This document shows, in pieces, positions 15,390 through 23,031 of a stretch of 40,097 nucleotides of DNA (position 1 is the first letter of the stretch; every line of letters starts with the position of its first letter). Position numbers and translations under genes: made by a program. The notes under the pieces are model-generated. The model had not been told where the DNA came from. It worked only from the letters and a program-made list of their open reading frames with translations, and did not search any database. Source of the stretch: a virus. Lineage: Duplodnaviria > Caudoviricetes. The stretch covers positions 1-40,097 of the IMG/VR virus record IMGVR_UViG_3300012347_000048. One strand, written 5' to 3'.

Positions 15390-15585
15390 AATACATTAGA
15401 GACACTATGACATTTTATAGATGCTTAGAAGTTAAATACTATAAGTACTTACTATAAGTATTTATACATTAACGTATAAGCATTGATGTAACGTCTTAGT
15501 GACTTTAAAGTAACATTAAAGACTCTATGTAACATAGACAATGTTATATGTGCGTCTAAATGTTATAAACTATCATTAAAAGGTG
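15390..15585. other. AT-rich non-coding region, candidate replication origin
   Basis: Repeated TACTATAAGTA units and short palindromes; contains a 19-bp inverted copy of 11151-11169; upstream of the replication genes. Confidence 0.45.
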
Positions 15586-15590
15586 ATAAC

Positions 15591-15776
15591 ATGAGTGATT
15601 TGTCTATTGAGATGTACGAAGAATTTGATTCACAAGAGCAGGAACTTATGCGCTTTGAGTGCTGGTATCACTCTGTGATTGACGACATGGCTGGTCTTAT
15701 TCGTGCCAATGGCTATGATAAGGTCATGTTTGATGTAATGTGCGCTGTGAAGCGAATGTCTGAGGATGAACAATGA
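15591..15776 (+). CDS. Hypothetical acidic protein
   Basis: 61 aa; AAGGTG RBS. Confidence 0.55.
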   Translation: MSDLSIEMYEEFDSQEQELMRFECWYHSVIDDMAGLIRANGYDKVMFDVMCAVKRMSEDEQ

Positions 15777-15825
15777 TTGTCTCTCTATTTGTGGGTGTCT
15801 TAACACTGTTAAAGGTTGTATTGAA

Positions 15826-16149
15826 ATGAACATTGAAGAACTTAAACTTGTATTAGAAACTGTGGCAACTGTCACGGATGATGCAAAGAGCGTTGCTATC
15901 TGGTATCTTGTCTTTAACTATGGCGCTAGTTTTGTGCTCACTCTTGTTGGAATGGCTGGCTTTGGATGGCTTGTATGGGTCATTACACGAGCTATCTTAT
16001 CCACTAACGAATGGGCACAGGTAGGAGTTAAATTAGCTAGAGCATGGGGAGCACAAAGCGCACGAAGTGGTTATTACAGTCCTAATGAATACGATAACCT
16101 TCCAGCTATTGACAAATGCCTTGCAGCATCTAAGGAGCACAAGAAATGA
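15826..16149 (+). CDS. Hypothetical membrane protein
   Basis: Hydrophobic segment 'IWYLVFNYGASFVLTLVGMAGFGWLVWVI'; likely start MNIEELK after AAGG. Confidence 0.55.
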   Translation: MNIEELKLVLETVATVTDDAKSVAIWYLVFNYGASFVLTLVGMAGFGWLVWVITRAILSTNEWAQVGVKLARAWGAQSARSGYYSPNEYDNLPAIDKCLAASKEHKK

Positions 16150-16379
16150 CTAGATTCAGTCTTGTCTTGAACTTAGGTGAGAACGCTAAAGTCACTGTAG
16201 GTTTTGACCTACTGAGTGACGATGGTGATCCTTATGTGGACTTTGAAGGCCTTGAAGTGTGGTACAAAGGTGTTGACATCATCGACACTCTTGATCAGAA
16301 CGATCTAGCCTACTTAGACACTCAGATCATGGAGTCTTGGGACTTGATTGAGGATCAGGTTTATCATGATGACTATTGA
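16146..16379 (+). CDS. Hypothetical acidic protein
   Basis: 77 aa, Asp-rich; AAGGAG RBS. Confidence 0.55.
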   Translation: MTRFSLVLNLGENAKVTVGFDLLSDDGDPYVDFEGLEVWYKGVDIIDTLDQNDLAYLDTQIMESWDLIEDQVYHDDY

Positions 16380-16388
16380 GGTAAACAT

Positions 16389-16607
16389 ATGAGCAACACA
16401 AACACAGGTGGCCCAGCATACCCAAGCCCAAGATGGGAAGGGTGGGGATCACCGCAAGAAGGCATGACCCTGCGCGACTACTTTGCGGCCAAGGCGATGC
16501 AGGCAATCCTTCAAGAGAAGGATGTCCACGACTCACGCCAATGGCACAACACTGCATGGATTGCCTATCAAGTTTCGGATGAAATGCTGAAAGCGAGGCA
16601 AGCATGA
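16389..16607 (+). CDS. Conserved phage protein ('GGPAYP...GMTLRDYFAAKAMQ' family)
   Basis: Signature motif common in proteobacterial phages. Confidence 0.75.
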   Translation: MSNTNTGGPAYPSPRWEGWGSPQEGMTLRDYFAAKAMQAILQEKDVHDSRQWHNTAWIAYQVSDEMLKARQA

Positions 16608-16864
16608 GAGACACCATAGACATGGCCCGTGAGGCAGGCATTGAGTTTCAGCGCAACATGGGGCTGCTTGGTAAAGAAACCATCAGCACAATGGGCAGTC
16701 AGCGACTCGAAAAAATTGAACGGCTTGTTGCCCTTGTTCGTGCTGATGAAGCCGCGAAATACACATGGGACGTTCACTCATGTGGCCCGACCTGCACAAA
16801 GGCTGCGTGTGTGGCAATGCGTGAGGCTGTTGAGGCCGCAATCAAGGAGAAGAACAGTGACTAG
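16604..16864 (+). CDS. Hypothetical protein
   Basis: 86 aa, 'IDMAREAG...ALVRADE'; coupled on both sides. Confidence 0.6.
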   Translation: MRDTIDMAREAGIEFQRNMGLLGKETISTMGSQRLEKIERLVALVRADEAAKYTWDVHSCGPTCTKAACVAMREAVEAAIKEKNSD

Positions 16865-18458
16865 CAAGTTCTTGAGGCATATAGCTTGTGAACACTGTGG
16901 TAGTTCTGACGGCAATAGTCTCTATGATGACGGCCATGAGTACTGCTATGTCTGTCAGGCTTTTAAGCCGTCAGACGATGAGTCTACGGAGTTATCCGTT
17001 ATCAGAAACAATACAGCACGCAAGAGCGTGACAAAGATGGACATCAAAGGTACATTTAAATCAATCCCTGATCGAGGAATCAGTCAGGCAACCTGTGAAA
17101 AATACGGAGTAACAACCGATGGAGACAACCAGTATTATCCTTACACTGACGGAGACGGAGTTAGAACGGCTGTTAAACAACGCAATGTTCCTACAAAGGC
17201 ATTCTCCATCACCGGAGACTTCGAGGGAGCAACACTATTCGGTCAGTCTCTCTTTCACTCTGGAGGAAAAGCTGTCACCGTCACAGAAGGAGAGCTTGAC
17301 GCTCTCGCAGCTTTCCAAATGCAAGGGTCTCTCTACCCTACAGTGAGCATTCGTACCGGTGCTCAAGCTGCTTTGAAGGACTGCAAAGCCCAGTATGAGT
17401 GGTTGAACAGTTTTGAGTCAGTGGTTATCTGCTTTGATGCCGATGAGCCGGGTAAGAAAGCTGCTAAGGAAGTTGCTGAGTTGTTCGGTAACAAGGCCAA
17501 GATTGTTCAGCATAAGTCAGGGTTCAAGGATGCTTGTGACTACCTGATTGCAGGAGCGACTAAGGACTTTGTTAACGAATGGTGGAGAGCTAGTCCTTAT
17601 GTGCCTGATGGTATTGTGAATGCTGCTGATCTCTGGGAGGAAATCTCTAAGCCGGAGCCGATTGCAGAGGCTCAGTATCCTTGGCAAGGCCTTAATAAGC
17701 TGTTGTACGGGATCAGACCTGCTGAGTTGATTACAGTTACCGCAGGCAGTGGCTTGGGTAAGAGTCAATTCTTGCGTGAGATACTGTACAATCTGCTGAA
17801 GACAACAATCTGGAACATTGGTGGATTGTTCCTTGAGGAATCTACCCGTAAGACAGCACGGAGTATCATGTCATTGCACGCTAACAAGCTGTTGCATTTG
17901 CCCGATACACCTACAACTGAACAGGAACTTAAAGATGCCTTTGATAACACTCTTGGTACTAATCGTGTTTACCTTTTTGACCACTTTGGCAGTACTGACG
18001 TGGACAACGTATCTAACCGCATACGATACATGGCTAAGGCGTGTGATTGCAAGGTTGTCTTTCTTGATCACATTTCTATTGTTGTTTCTGGTATGGATCT
18101 GGGCGATGAACGTAAGGCTATTGACAACATGATGACAAAGCTACGCACACTTGTACAGGAGTTGAACATCACCCTGATCTGTGTGAGCCACCTTCGTAGG
18201 CCTCAGGGCAACCAAGGTCACGAGGATGGTGGTAGTGTGTCTCTGTCTCAGTTGCGAGGCTCTGGAGCTATTGCACAGTTGAGTGATGCAGTGATCACGT
18301 TGGAGCGTAACAGCATGGCTGAGAACGAGAGTGAACGTCACTTGACCAAGATTGCAGTGGCAAAGAATCGGTACAACGGGGAAACTGGCCCTGCTTGTAA
18401 GTTACAATACAATGGCTATACAGGACGTATGGTTGAAGTTGAGGAGGAAGTGTTATGA
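16857..18458 (+). CDS. DNA primase-helicase (T7 gp4-like)
   Basis: Zn finger CEHCGSSD..CYVC, TOPRIM 'VTEGELDA' and 'FDADEPG', Walker A 'AGSGLGKS', 'LDHIS', 'LRGSGAIAQLSD', 'KNRYNGETG'; GTG start at 16857 after AAGGAG. Confidence 0.95.
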   Translation: MTSKFLRHIACEHCGSSDGNSLYDDGHEYCYVCQAFKPSDDESTELSVIRNNTARKSVTKMDIKGTFKSIPDRGISQATCEKYGVTTDGDNQYYPYTDGDGVRTAVKQRNVPTKAFSITGDFEGATLFGQSLFHSGGKAVTVTEGELDALAAFQMQGSLYPTVSIRTGAQAALKDCKAQYEWLNSFESVVICFDADEPGKKAAKEVAELFGNKAKIVQHKSGFKDACDYLIAGATKDFVNEWWRASPYVPDGIVNAADLWEEISKPEPIAEAQYPWQGLNKLLYGIRPAELITVTAGSGLGKSQFLREILYNLLKTTIWNIGGLFLEESTRKTARSIMSLHANKLLHLPDTPTTEQELKDAFDNTLGTNRVYLFDHFGSTDVDNVSNRIRYMAKACDCKVVFLDHISIVVSGMDLGDERKAIDNMMTKLRTLVQELNITLICVSHLRRPQGNQGHEDGGSVSLSQLRGSGAIAQLSDAVITLERNSMAENESERHLTKIAVAKNRYNGETGPACKLQYNGYTGRMVEVEEEVL

Positions 18459-18628
18459 CAGCATGGCATGGCGGTAAAGGCTCATCTAGCCGCCCTAAAC
18501 AAGTGAGCAACGAGGACTATGCAAACCGATGGGATGCTATCTTCGGACGGGATAAGGCTAAAGACAAGAAAGAACCTATTGGTAAGGCCTTGGAAGAGGA
18601 ACCTTTGAAGGAAGATGAGAATGATTAA
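18455..18628 (+). CDS. Small conserved phage protein (GKGS..RP...WDAIF)
   Basis: Manually read 57 aa MTAWHGGKGSSSRPKQVSNEDYANRWDAIFG...; ATGA overlap. Confidence 0.65.
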   Translation: MTAWHGGKGSSSRPKQVSNEDYANRWDAIFGRDKAKDKKEPIGKALEEEPLKEDEND

Positions 18629-18773
18629 TGCAGAGCAGTTGATCGTGGGAGCTACAGGCGTTGGCTACCTGATTGTAGGTGTGCTACAATGGAGCAAGGG
18701 AGAGGTCTCTAACGGACTATTGTGGACTGGATACGCCATAGCTCAGATTGGCCTTTGGCTTAACCTTAAATAA
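18621..18773 (+). CDS. Small two-TM membrane protein
   Basis: Manually read 50 aa MINAEQLIVGATGVGYLIVGVLQWSKGEVSNGLLWTGYAIAQIGLWLNLK. Confidence 0.6.
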   Translation: MINAEQLIVGATGVGYLIVGVLQWSKGEVSNGLLWTGYAIAQIGLWLNLK

Positions 18774-18786
18774 GTTCAGAAATCTC

Positions 18787-18815
18787 TTGACTTTTCTGCA
18801 CGATTGTGGTATAAT
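18787..18815 (+). promoter_or_regulatory. Sigma70 promoter for endonuclease/DNA polymerase
   Basis: TTGACT-17 bp-TATAAT, extended -10 TGTGGTATAAT. Confidence 0.8.
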
Positions 18816-18833
18816 ATAGCTTTAGGAGAAACT

Positions 18834-19307
18834 ATGAACCAACAAGTAAAAGTATGCACAACGTGCAGAGAAGGAAAAGATCTTTCAGAATTCTGGCAAA
18901 AATCCAATGTTAGAAAAGACGGAACAAAAGGATTACGTCCCTCTTGTAAACAATGCGAAATAAAGAAAAAACTTACAAAATATCACGAAGGCGGAGGTAA
19001 AGAAGAACAAAAGAAAAGATCATTTCGTGCTTTGATGAATTCTTATGGTATTTCAGAAGAAATATATGAACAAGAACGCATTAAGCAAAATTATAAATGC
19101 CTTTTATGTGGTGCAGATGAAAAAGACCAGCATTATGGAAGGCTATACGTGGATCACTGTCATGTTACTGGGAAGTATCGAGGACTTCTTTGCACTCTTT
19201 GCAATACAGGTCTTGGATCTTTTAAAGACAATGTTGAGGTTATGCAAAAAGCAATCGAGTATCTAAATGAAACTAGTCTTAGACATAGAAACCAACTTAG
19301 CGCATGA
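18834..19307 (+). CDS. Endonuclease VII-family (His-Me) nuclease, probable free-standing homing endonuclease
   Basis: N-terminal CTTC..CKQC; 'QNYKCLLCG...VDHCHVTGKYRGLLCTLCNTGLG'; ATG at 18834 after AGGAG; A-rich codon usage. Confidence 0.85.
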   Translation: MNQQVKVCTTCREGKDLSEFWQKSNVRKDGTKGLRPSCKQCEIKKKLTKYHEGGGKEEQKKRSFRALMNSYGISEEIYEQERIKQNYKCLLCGADEKDQHYGRLYVDHCHVTGKYRGLLCTLCNTGLGSFKDNVEVMQKAIEYLNETSLRHRNQLSA

Positions 19308-20979
19308 TCAAATCTGGCTATGTGTTACAAAAGATATTGAAACAGGAGAAGTACGAAAATGGAAACATCCAAATGGCCTAGCCGACTATCTAAGCAAGGC
19401 TACTCTCTTGATTGCTCAGAATGGAATCGGATTCGATTTCAGACTGTTGAACAGCTTGTGGAATATGAAGATAAAGCTGAAGAACGTATACGACACACTC
19501 ATAGTAAGTCGTCTACTAGATCCAAGCCGAGAGAACGGACACAGCCTCGAAGCGTGGGGACAGACACTTGGCTTTCACAAGATTGACTATGCGAAAGTAT
19601 GGACATGGCTTATGGATCGTCCTCAAGCGTATGCTGGTGAATGTTTCGATCTTCCTCATCATGGGCTTCTTGATGACTATTGCGTACGTGATGTCGAAGT
19701 AACTGCTAAACTGTATCTCAAACTAGCCAATGACTTTAATGAGAAACAGTTTAGTCTGGAGTCTTTGGAACTTGAACAGAGTGTTGCAGCTATCATTGCT
19801 CAACAGGAAAGGAATGGGTTTAAACTTGACCAAATCTACGCAACCTGCTTACTTACTGACATCAAGTCAAAAGTGGCAGGAATATATGAGCGAATGCAAC
19901 AGAGATGGCCTCCTGTCACTGTTGAACGATTCTCAGAAAAGACAGGAAAGCGACTCAAGGACAGCGTGGTTACTTTCAACCCCGGATCAAGACAACAGAT
20001 CGGAGAACGATTGAAGGAACTTGGGTGGAAACCTAAGGAGTTTACCGAGACAGGTATTCCTAAGATTGACGAGACTGTGTTAGCAGGCATCAAGATACCG
20101 GAGGCTCAGGTCATTGCTGAGTATCTGATGCTGAATAAACGTATCAGTCAGATCGAATCTTGGATGGAAGCTGTAGGCAAGGATGGACGGGTACATGGTA
20201 AGGTTATTACCAACGGTGCTGTGACAGGTCGTATGACCCATAGCAGCCCTAATATGGCTCAGATCCCCAATGCAGGTTCCATCTATGGCCCTGAGTGCCG
20301 GGAATGCTGGACTGTTGAAGAAGGTAATGTATTGGTAGGTTGCGACGCTTCAGGTCTGGAGCTTCGTATGTTGGCTCACTATATGAAGGATAATGATTAT
20401 GTCAGAACAGTTACTGAGGGAAACAGCAAAGACGGCACAGACGTGCATACTGTTAACCAACGAGCTGCGGGACTTGCTACACGAGACAATGCAAAGACAT
20501 TCATCTATGCCTTTCTCTACGGAGCTGGTGATGCAAAGATTGGAAGTATCGTTGGAGGAACTTCTAGAGATGGTTCAAAGCTCAAACAAAAGTTCCTCCA
20601 GCAAACACCAGCCCTTGCAAAGCTCATCGAAAGAGTCGCAAAGCAAGCCTCAAAAGGGTGGGTTCCCGGACTTGATGGGAGGCGTATTTGGGTTCGATCC
20701 GAGCACGCAGCTCTCAATTCGCTCCTCCAAGGTGCTGGAGCAATCGTGATGAAGAAGGCTCTCGTGATATTTGACAATAAGGTCAAGGCTAATAAGTGGC
20801 CTGTGAAGTATGTCGCTAATGTTCACGATGAATTTCAGATGGAATGCCCTAAAGAGATTGCTGATATAGTTGGATCTGCTGCTAGAATGTCCATCATTGA
20901 GGCAGGAGAACACTACAAACTACGCTGTCCTTTGGATGGTGAATACAAGATCGGTGCTAACTGGAGACAGACTCACTGA
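19267..20979 (+). CDS. DNA polymerase family A (T7 gp5-like)
   Basis: Exo I 'LDIET', motif A 'DASGLELR', motif B 'RDNAKTFIYAFLYG', motif C 'VHDE'. Confidence 0.97.
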   Translation: MKLVLDIETNLAHDQIWLCVTKDIETGEVRKWKHPNGLADYLSKATLLIAQNGIGFDFRLLNSLWNMKIKLKNVYDTLIVSRLLDPSRENGHSLEAWGQTLGFHKIDYAKVWTWLMDRPQAYAGECFDLPHHGLLDDYCVRDVEVTAKLYLKLANDFNEKQFSLESLELEQSVAAIIAQQERNGFKLDQIYATCLLTDIKSKVAGIYERMQQRWPPVTVERFSEKTGKRLKDSVVTFNPGSRQQIGERLKELGWKPKEFTETGIPKIDETVLAGIKIPEAQVIAEYLMLNKRISQIESWMEAVGKDGRVHGKVITNGAVTGRMTHSSPNMAQIPNAGSIYGPECRECWTVEEGNVLVGCDASGLELRMLAHYMKDNDYVRTVTEGNSKDGTDVHTVNQRAAGLATRDNAKTFIYAFLYGAGDAKIGSIVGGTSRDGSKLKQKFLQQTPALAKLIERVAKQASKGWVPGLDGRRIWVRSEHAALNSLLQGAGAIVMKKALVIFDNKVKANKWPVKYVANVHDEFQMECPKEIADIVGSAARMSIIEAGEHYKLRCPLDGEYKIGANWRQTH

Positions 20980-20993
20980 TCTGATAAAATAAT

Positions 20994-21032
20994 TGTAACA
21001 GTGCTTGACTTTGTGTTAAATGCTGCTATAAT
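20994..21032 (+). promoter_or_regulatory. Sigma70 promoter for tRNA/ssb with adjacent TGTAACA site
   Basis: TGTAACA 20994-21000; TTGACT 21005-21010, 16-bp spacer, TGcTATAAT ending at 21032. Confidence 0.75.
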
Positions 21033-21043
21033 ATATGCAAGAA

Positions 21044-21128
21044 GCGAGTATGGTGGAATTGGTATACACAGCAGACTTAAAATCTGCCGCCGAAAGGATT
21101 GAGGGATCGTGACCCTCTACTCGCACCA
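21044..21128 (+). tRNA. tRNA-Leu (anticodon TAA)
   Basis: Acceptor GCGAGTA/TACTCGC, discriminator A, encoded CCA, D-loop GG, anticodon arm GCAGA-CTTAAAA-TCTGC, long variable arm, T arm GAGGG/CCCTC. Confidence 0.92.
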
Positions 21129-21133
21129 AGTTA

Positions 21134-21362
21134 TGAGGGCCAAGAACTGGATGATTCCTAGTAATTAAATTTATGTGGATGAATCTGCAACCCTCACCCT
21201 TCAGCTTGATCTGACACACCAACTGCGTAGCGGAAGGTAAGCTCTGGTAGTACCGGAGGGCAGTGTCCCTGTAGTATAGTAAGCAGGAATTTAAAACGGC
21301 CTTAACTGCTATGGGGTTCTTCTGAGTTAGACAATCAGTGACAGCTTGGAGAGACAAGCACT
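21134..21362 (+). ncRNA. Candidate structured RNA(s) between tRNA and ssb
   Basis: Five consecutive helices visible by eye, several with G-U pairs favouring the + strand; no credible ORF. Confidence 0.35.
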
Positions 21363-21389
21363 TTCATGGAACTTAAATAGGAAATTAAA

Positions 21390-21803
21390 ATGGACAACAA
21401 ACCAGTCAAAATCGCAGGTCAACTCTTCTGGGCTAACTGGATGAAGGAATTCAACACCAAGTTCAACGAAGATAACACCAAGTATGAGTGCACTATCGGT
21501 ATGCTCTCTGACAAGGCTTGTGAAGCTCTTAAAGGCCTCGGCATTAAGATTAAGAACAAAGATACAATGGGTAACTTCATTGTTGGCAAGTCTAAGTTCT
21601 TGTTTGAGCCTGTGGACACTGAAGGTAATCCAGTAGATATTAGCCAGATCGGTAACGGCACTAAAATTACTGCCTTGGTTGGTTCTTATCGACACAAGAT
21701 GTCAGCGATGCATGGCGCTGCACCTTCTATCGGCAAGATCATCGTTACTGAATTGGTTGTCTACGGCGCTGACGCTGAAGGTGACGATGACGACATCCTG
21801 TAA
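21390..21803 (+). CDS. Single-stranded DNA-binding protein (T7 gp2.5-like)
   Basis: OB-fold-like 'IGNGTKI' segment, acidic C-tail 'DAEGDDDDIL'; between polymerase and exonuclease. Confidence 0.8.
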   Translation: MDNKPVKIAGQLFWANWMKEFNTKFNEDNTKYECTIGMLSDKACEALKGLGIKIKNKDTMGNFIVGKSKFLFEPVDTEGNPVDISQIGNGTKITALVGSYRHKMSAMHGAAPSIGKIIVTELVVYGADAEGDDDDIL

Positions 21804-22545
21804 TCAGGAACCTAAGATTGCCCTCGTGGATGCCGACTTTCTCGTGTACCGTATCGGATTTAGTACGGAAGATGAACCAGTTGGCATTGCTAAGGCACGA
21901 TTAACGGAATGGTTAGAAGACTTTATCTATGTGAATCTCAAGGCTGATCATTATCTAGCTTGGATCACAGGTAAATCTAACTACCGTTATGACATTGCCA
22001 AGACAGTCCCCTACAAAGGCAATCGTAAGGATGTATTGAGACCTAAGCACTATGAAGCCCTGCGGGAGCATCTAGTCAAGCGTCATGATGCTATCGTTAC
22101 AGTTGGTGAAGAAGCTGATGATACCGTAGCCATTGACTCCACTAAGCTCTTGGATAAGTGCTGGATTGTTCATGTGGATAAGGATCTTGATCAGCTTCAG
22201 GGATGGCACTACAACCCTGTTCGAGATGAGAGATACTATGTCGATGAGTTCACAGCGTATAAGTCGTTTGCAACGCAACTTCTCACTGGAGATAGGATTG
22301 ACAATATCCCATGCTTGGCGGGAATTGGCCCTAAAAAGGCAGCTAAAGCTCTCCAAGACGCGAAGACTAAAGAAGAGTTATTGGAAGCAGCGTGGGCCAA
22401 GTATGAAGAACTTGGACATACGATGGAGTATTTTATCGAACAAGGGCAGCTCTTGTGGCTGAGACGTTATGAAGGACAAATATGGCAACCGCCAAACAAG
22501 TTGCAATTAAGTACGGATTCAGATCAGGCCTTGAAGAGCGAGTAG
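21787..22545 (+). CDS. 5'-3' exonuclease (T7 gp6-like)
   Basis: 'LVDADFLVY', 'YKGNR', 'EEADD', 'DKDLDQ', 'GDRIDNIP..GIGPKKA'. Confidence 0.92.
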   Translation: MTTSCNQEPKIALVDADFLVYRIGFSTEDEPVGIAKARLTEWLEDFIYVNLKADHYLAWITGKSNYRYDIAKTVPYKGNRKDVLRPKHYEALREHLVKRHDAIVTVGEEADDTVAIDSTKLLDKCWIVHVDKDLDQLQGWHYNPVRDERYYVDEFTAYKSFATQLLTGDRIDNIPCLAGIGPKKAAKALQDAKTKEELLEAAWAKYEELGHTMEYFIEQGQLLWLRRYEGQIWQPPNKLQLSTDSDQALKSE

Positions 22546-22877
22546 CGGAACAGTTGGACAAGCTAGGGATTGAGTACACATACGAGAAGGTTAAGCTGAA
22601 ATACATTAAACCAGCTTCCTCTCATGTGTACACGCCTGACTTCCAGCTTCCAAACGGGATCATTGTGGAGACTAAAGGACGCTTCTTAGCACCTGACCGT
22701 CAGAAGCATTTGTTGGTTAAGAAACATAATCCTGAACTCGATATTAGATTTGTCTTTAGCAATTCTAATGCACGTATAAGCAAAGCGTCTAAGACTACGT
22801 ATGCTATGTGGTGCAGAAAGAATGGCTATAAGTTTGCTGATAAAACTATCCCTGAGGAGTGGATCAATGAGAGTTGA
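22482..22877 (+). CDS. Endonuclease I / Holliday junction resolvase (T7 gp3-like)
   Basis: 'FRSGLEE', 'YTPDF.LPNGIIVETKGRF', 'LDIRFVF'. Confidence 0.93.
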   Translation: MATAKQVAIKYGFRSGLEERVAEQLDKLGIEYTYEKVKLKYIKPASSHVYTPDFQLPNGIIVETKGRFLAPDRQKHLLVKKHNPELDIRFVFSNSNARISKASKTTYAMWCRKNGYKFADKTIPEEWINES

Positions 22878-23031
22878 GTTTATTAAGGATAATGACGAGG
22901 GCTCTGCTAACTTTACGTTTGACTTGACTTCGGAAGAAGCAGAATCACTTCTGTGCTTCGGTATCTTGGAAGCGTTAAAGGCAGGTCTTCGTGAAGGAGA
23001 GAAATTGAAAGTTGAAGGTAAAGATGTCTAA
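22867..23031 (+). CDS. Hypothetical protein
   Basis: 54 aa from MRVEFIKDN; GAGGAG RBS. Confidence 0.6.
   Translation: MRVEFIKDNDEGSANFTFDLTSEEAESLLCFGILEALKAGLREGEKLKVEGKDV

Noticed and set aside
16629-16856. N-terminal extension of primase-helicase in the ORF track
   Set aside because: Overlaps the 16604..16864 gene; GTG at 16857 has an RBS and starts at the zinc finger.
18804-18833. ORF-track start of the endonuclease
   Set aside because: Lies within the promoter -10 region; ATG at 18834 has the AGGAG RBS.
18834-20979. Group I intron or intein in the DNA polymerase
   Set aside because: The polymerase ORF is continuous with all motifs present, and the nuclease lies upstream of it.
21140-21260. 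Hammerhead/pistol ribozyme or glnA-type riboswitch
   Set aside because: Only partial look-alike words (CTGGATGA, CGGAAGGTAAG); the required core nucleotides are not in the proper arrangement, so it is left as an unassigned structured RNA.
21016-21357. 113-aa minus-strand ORF
   Set aside because: Antisense to the tRNA and structured region, against the direction of the whole arm.
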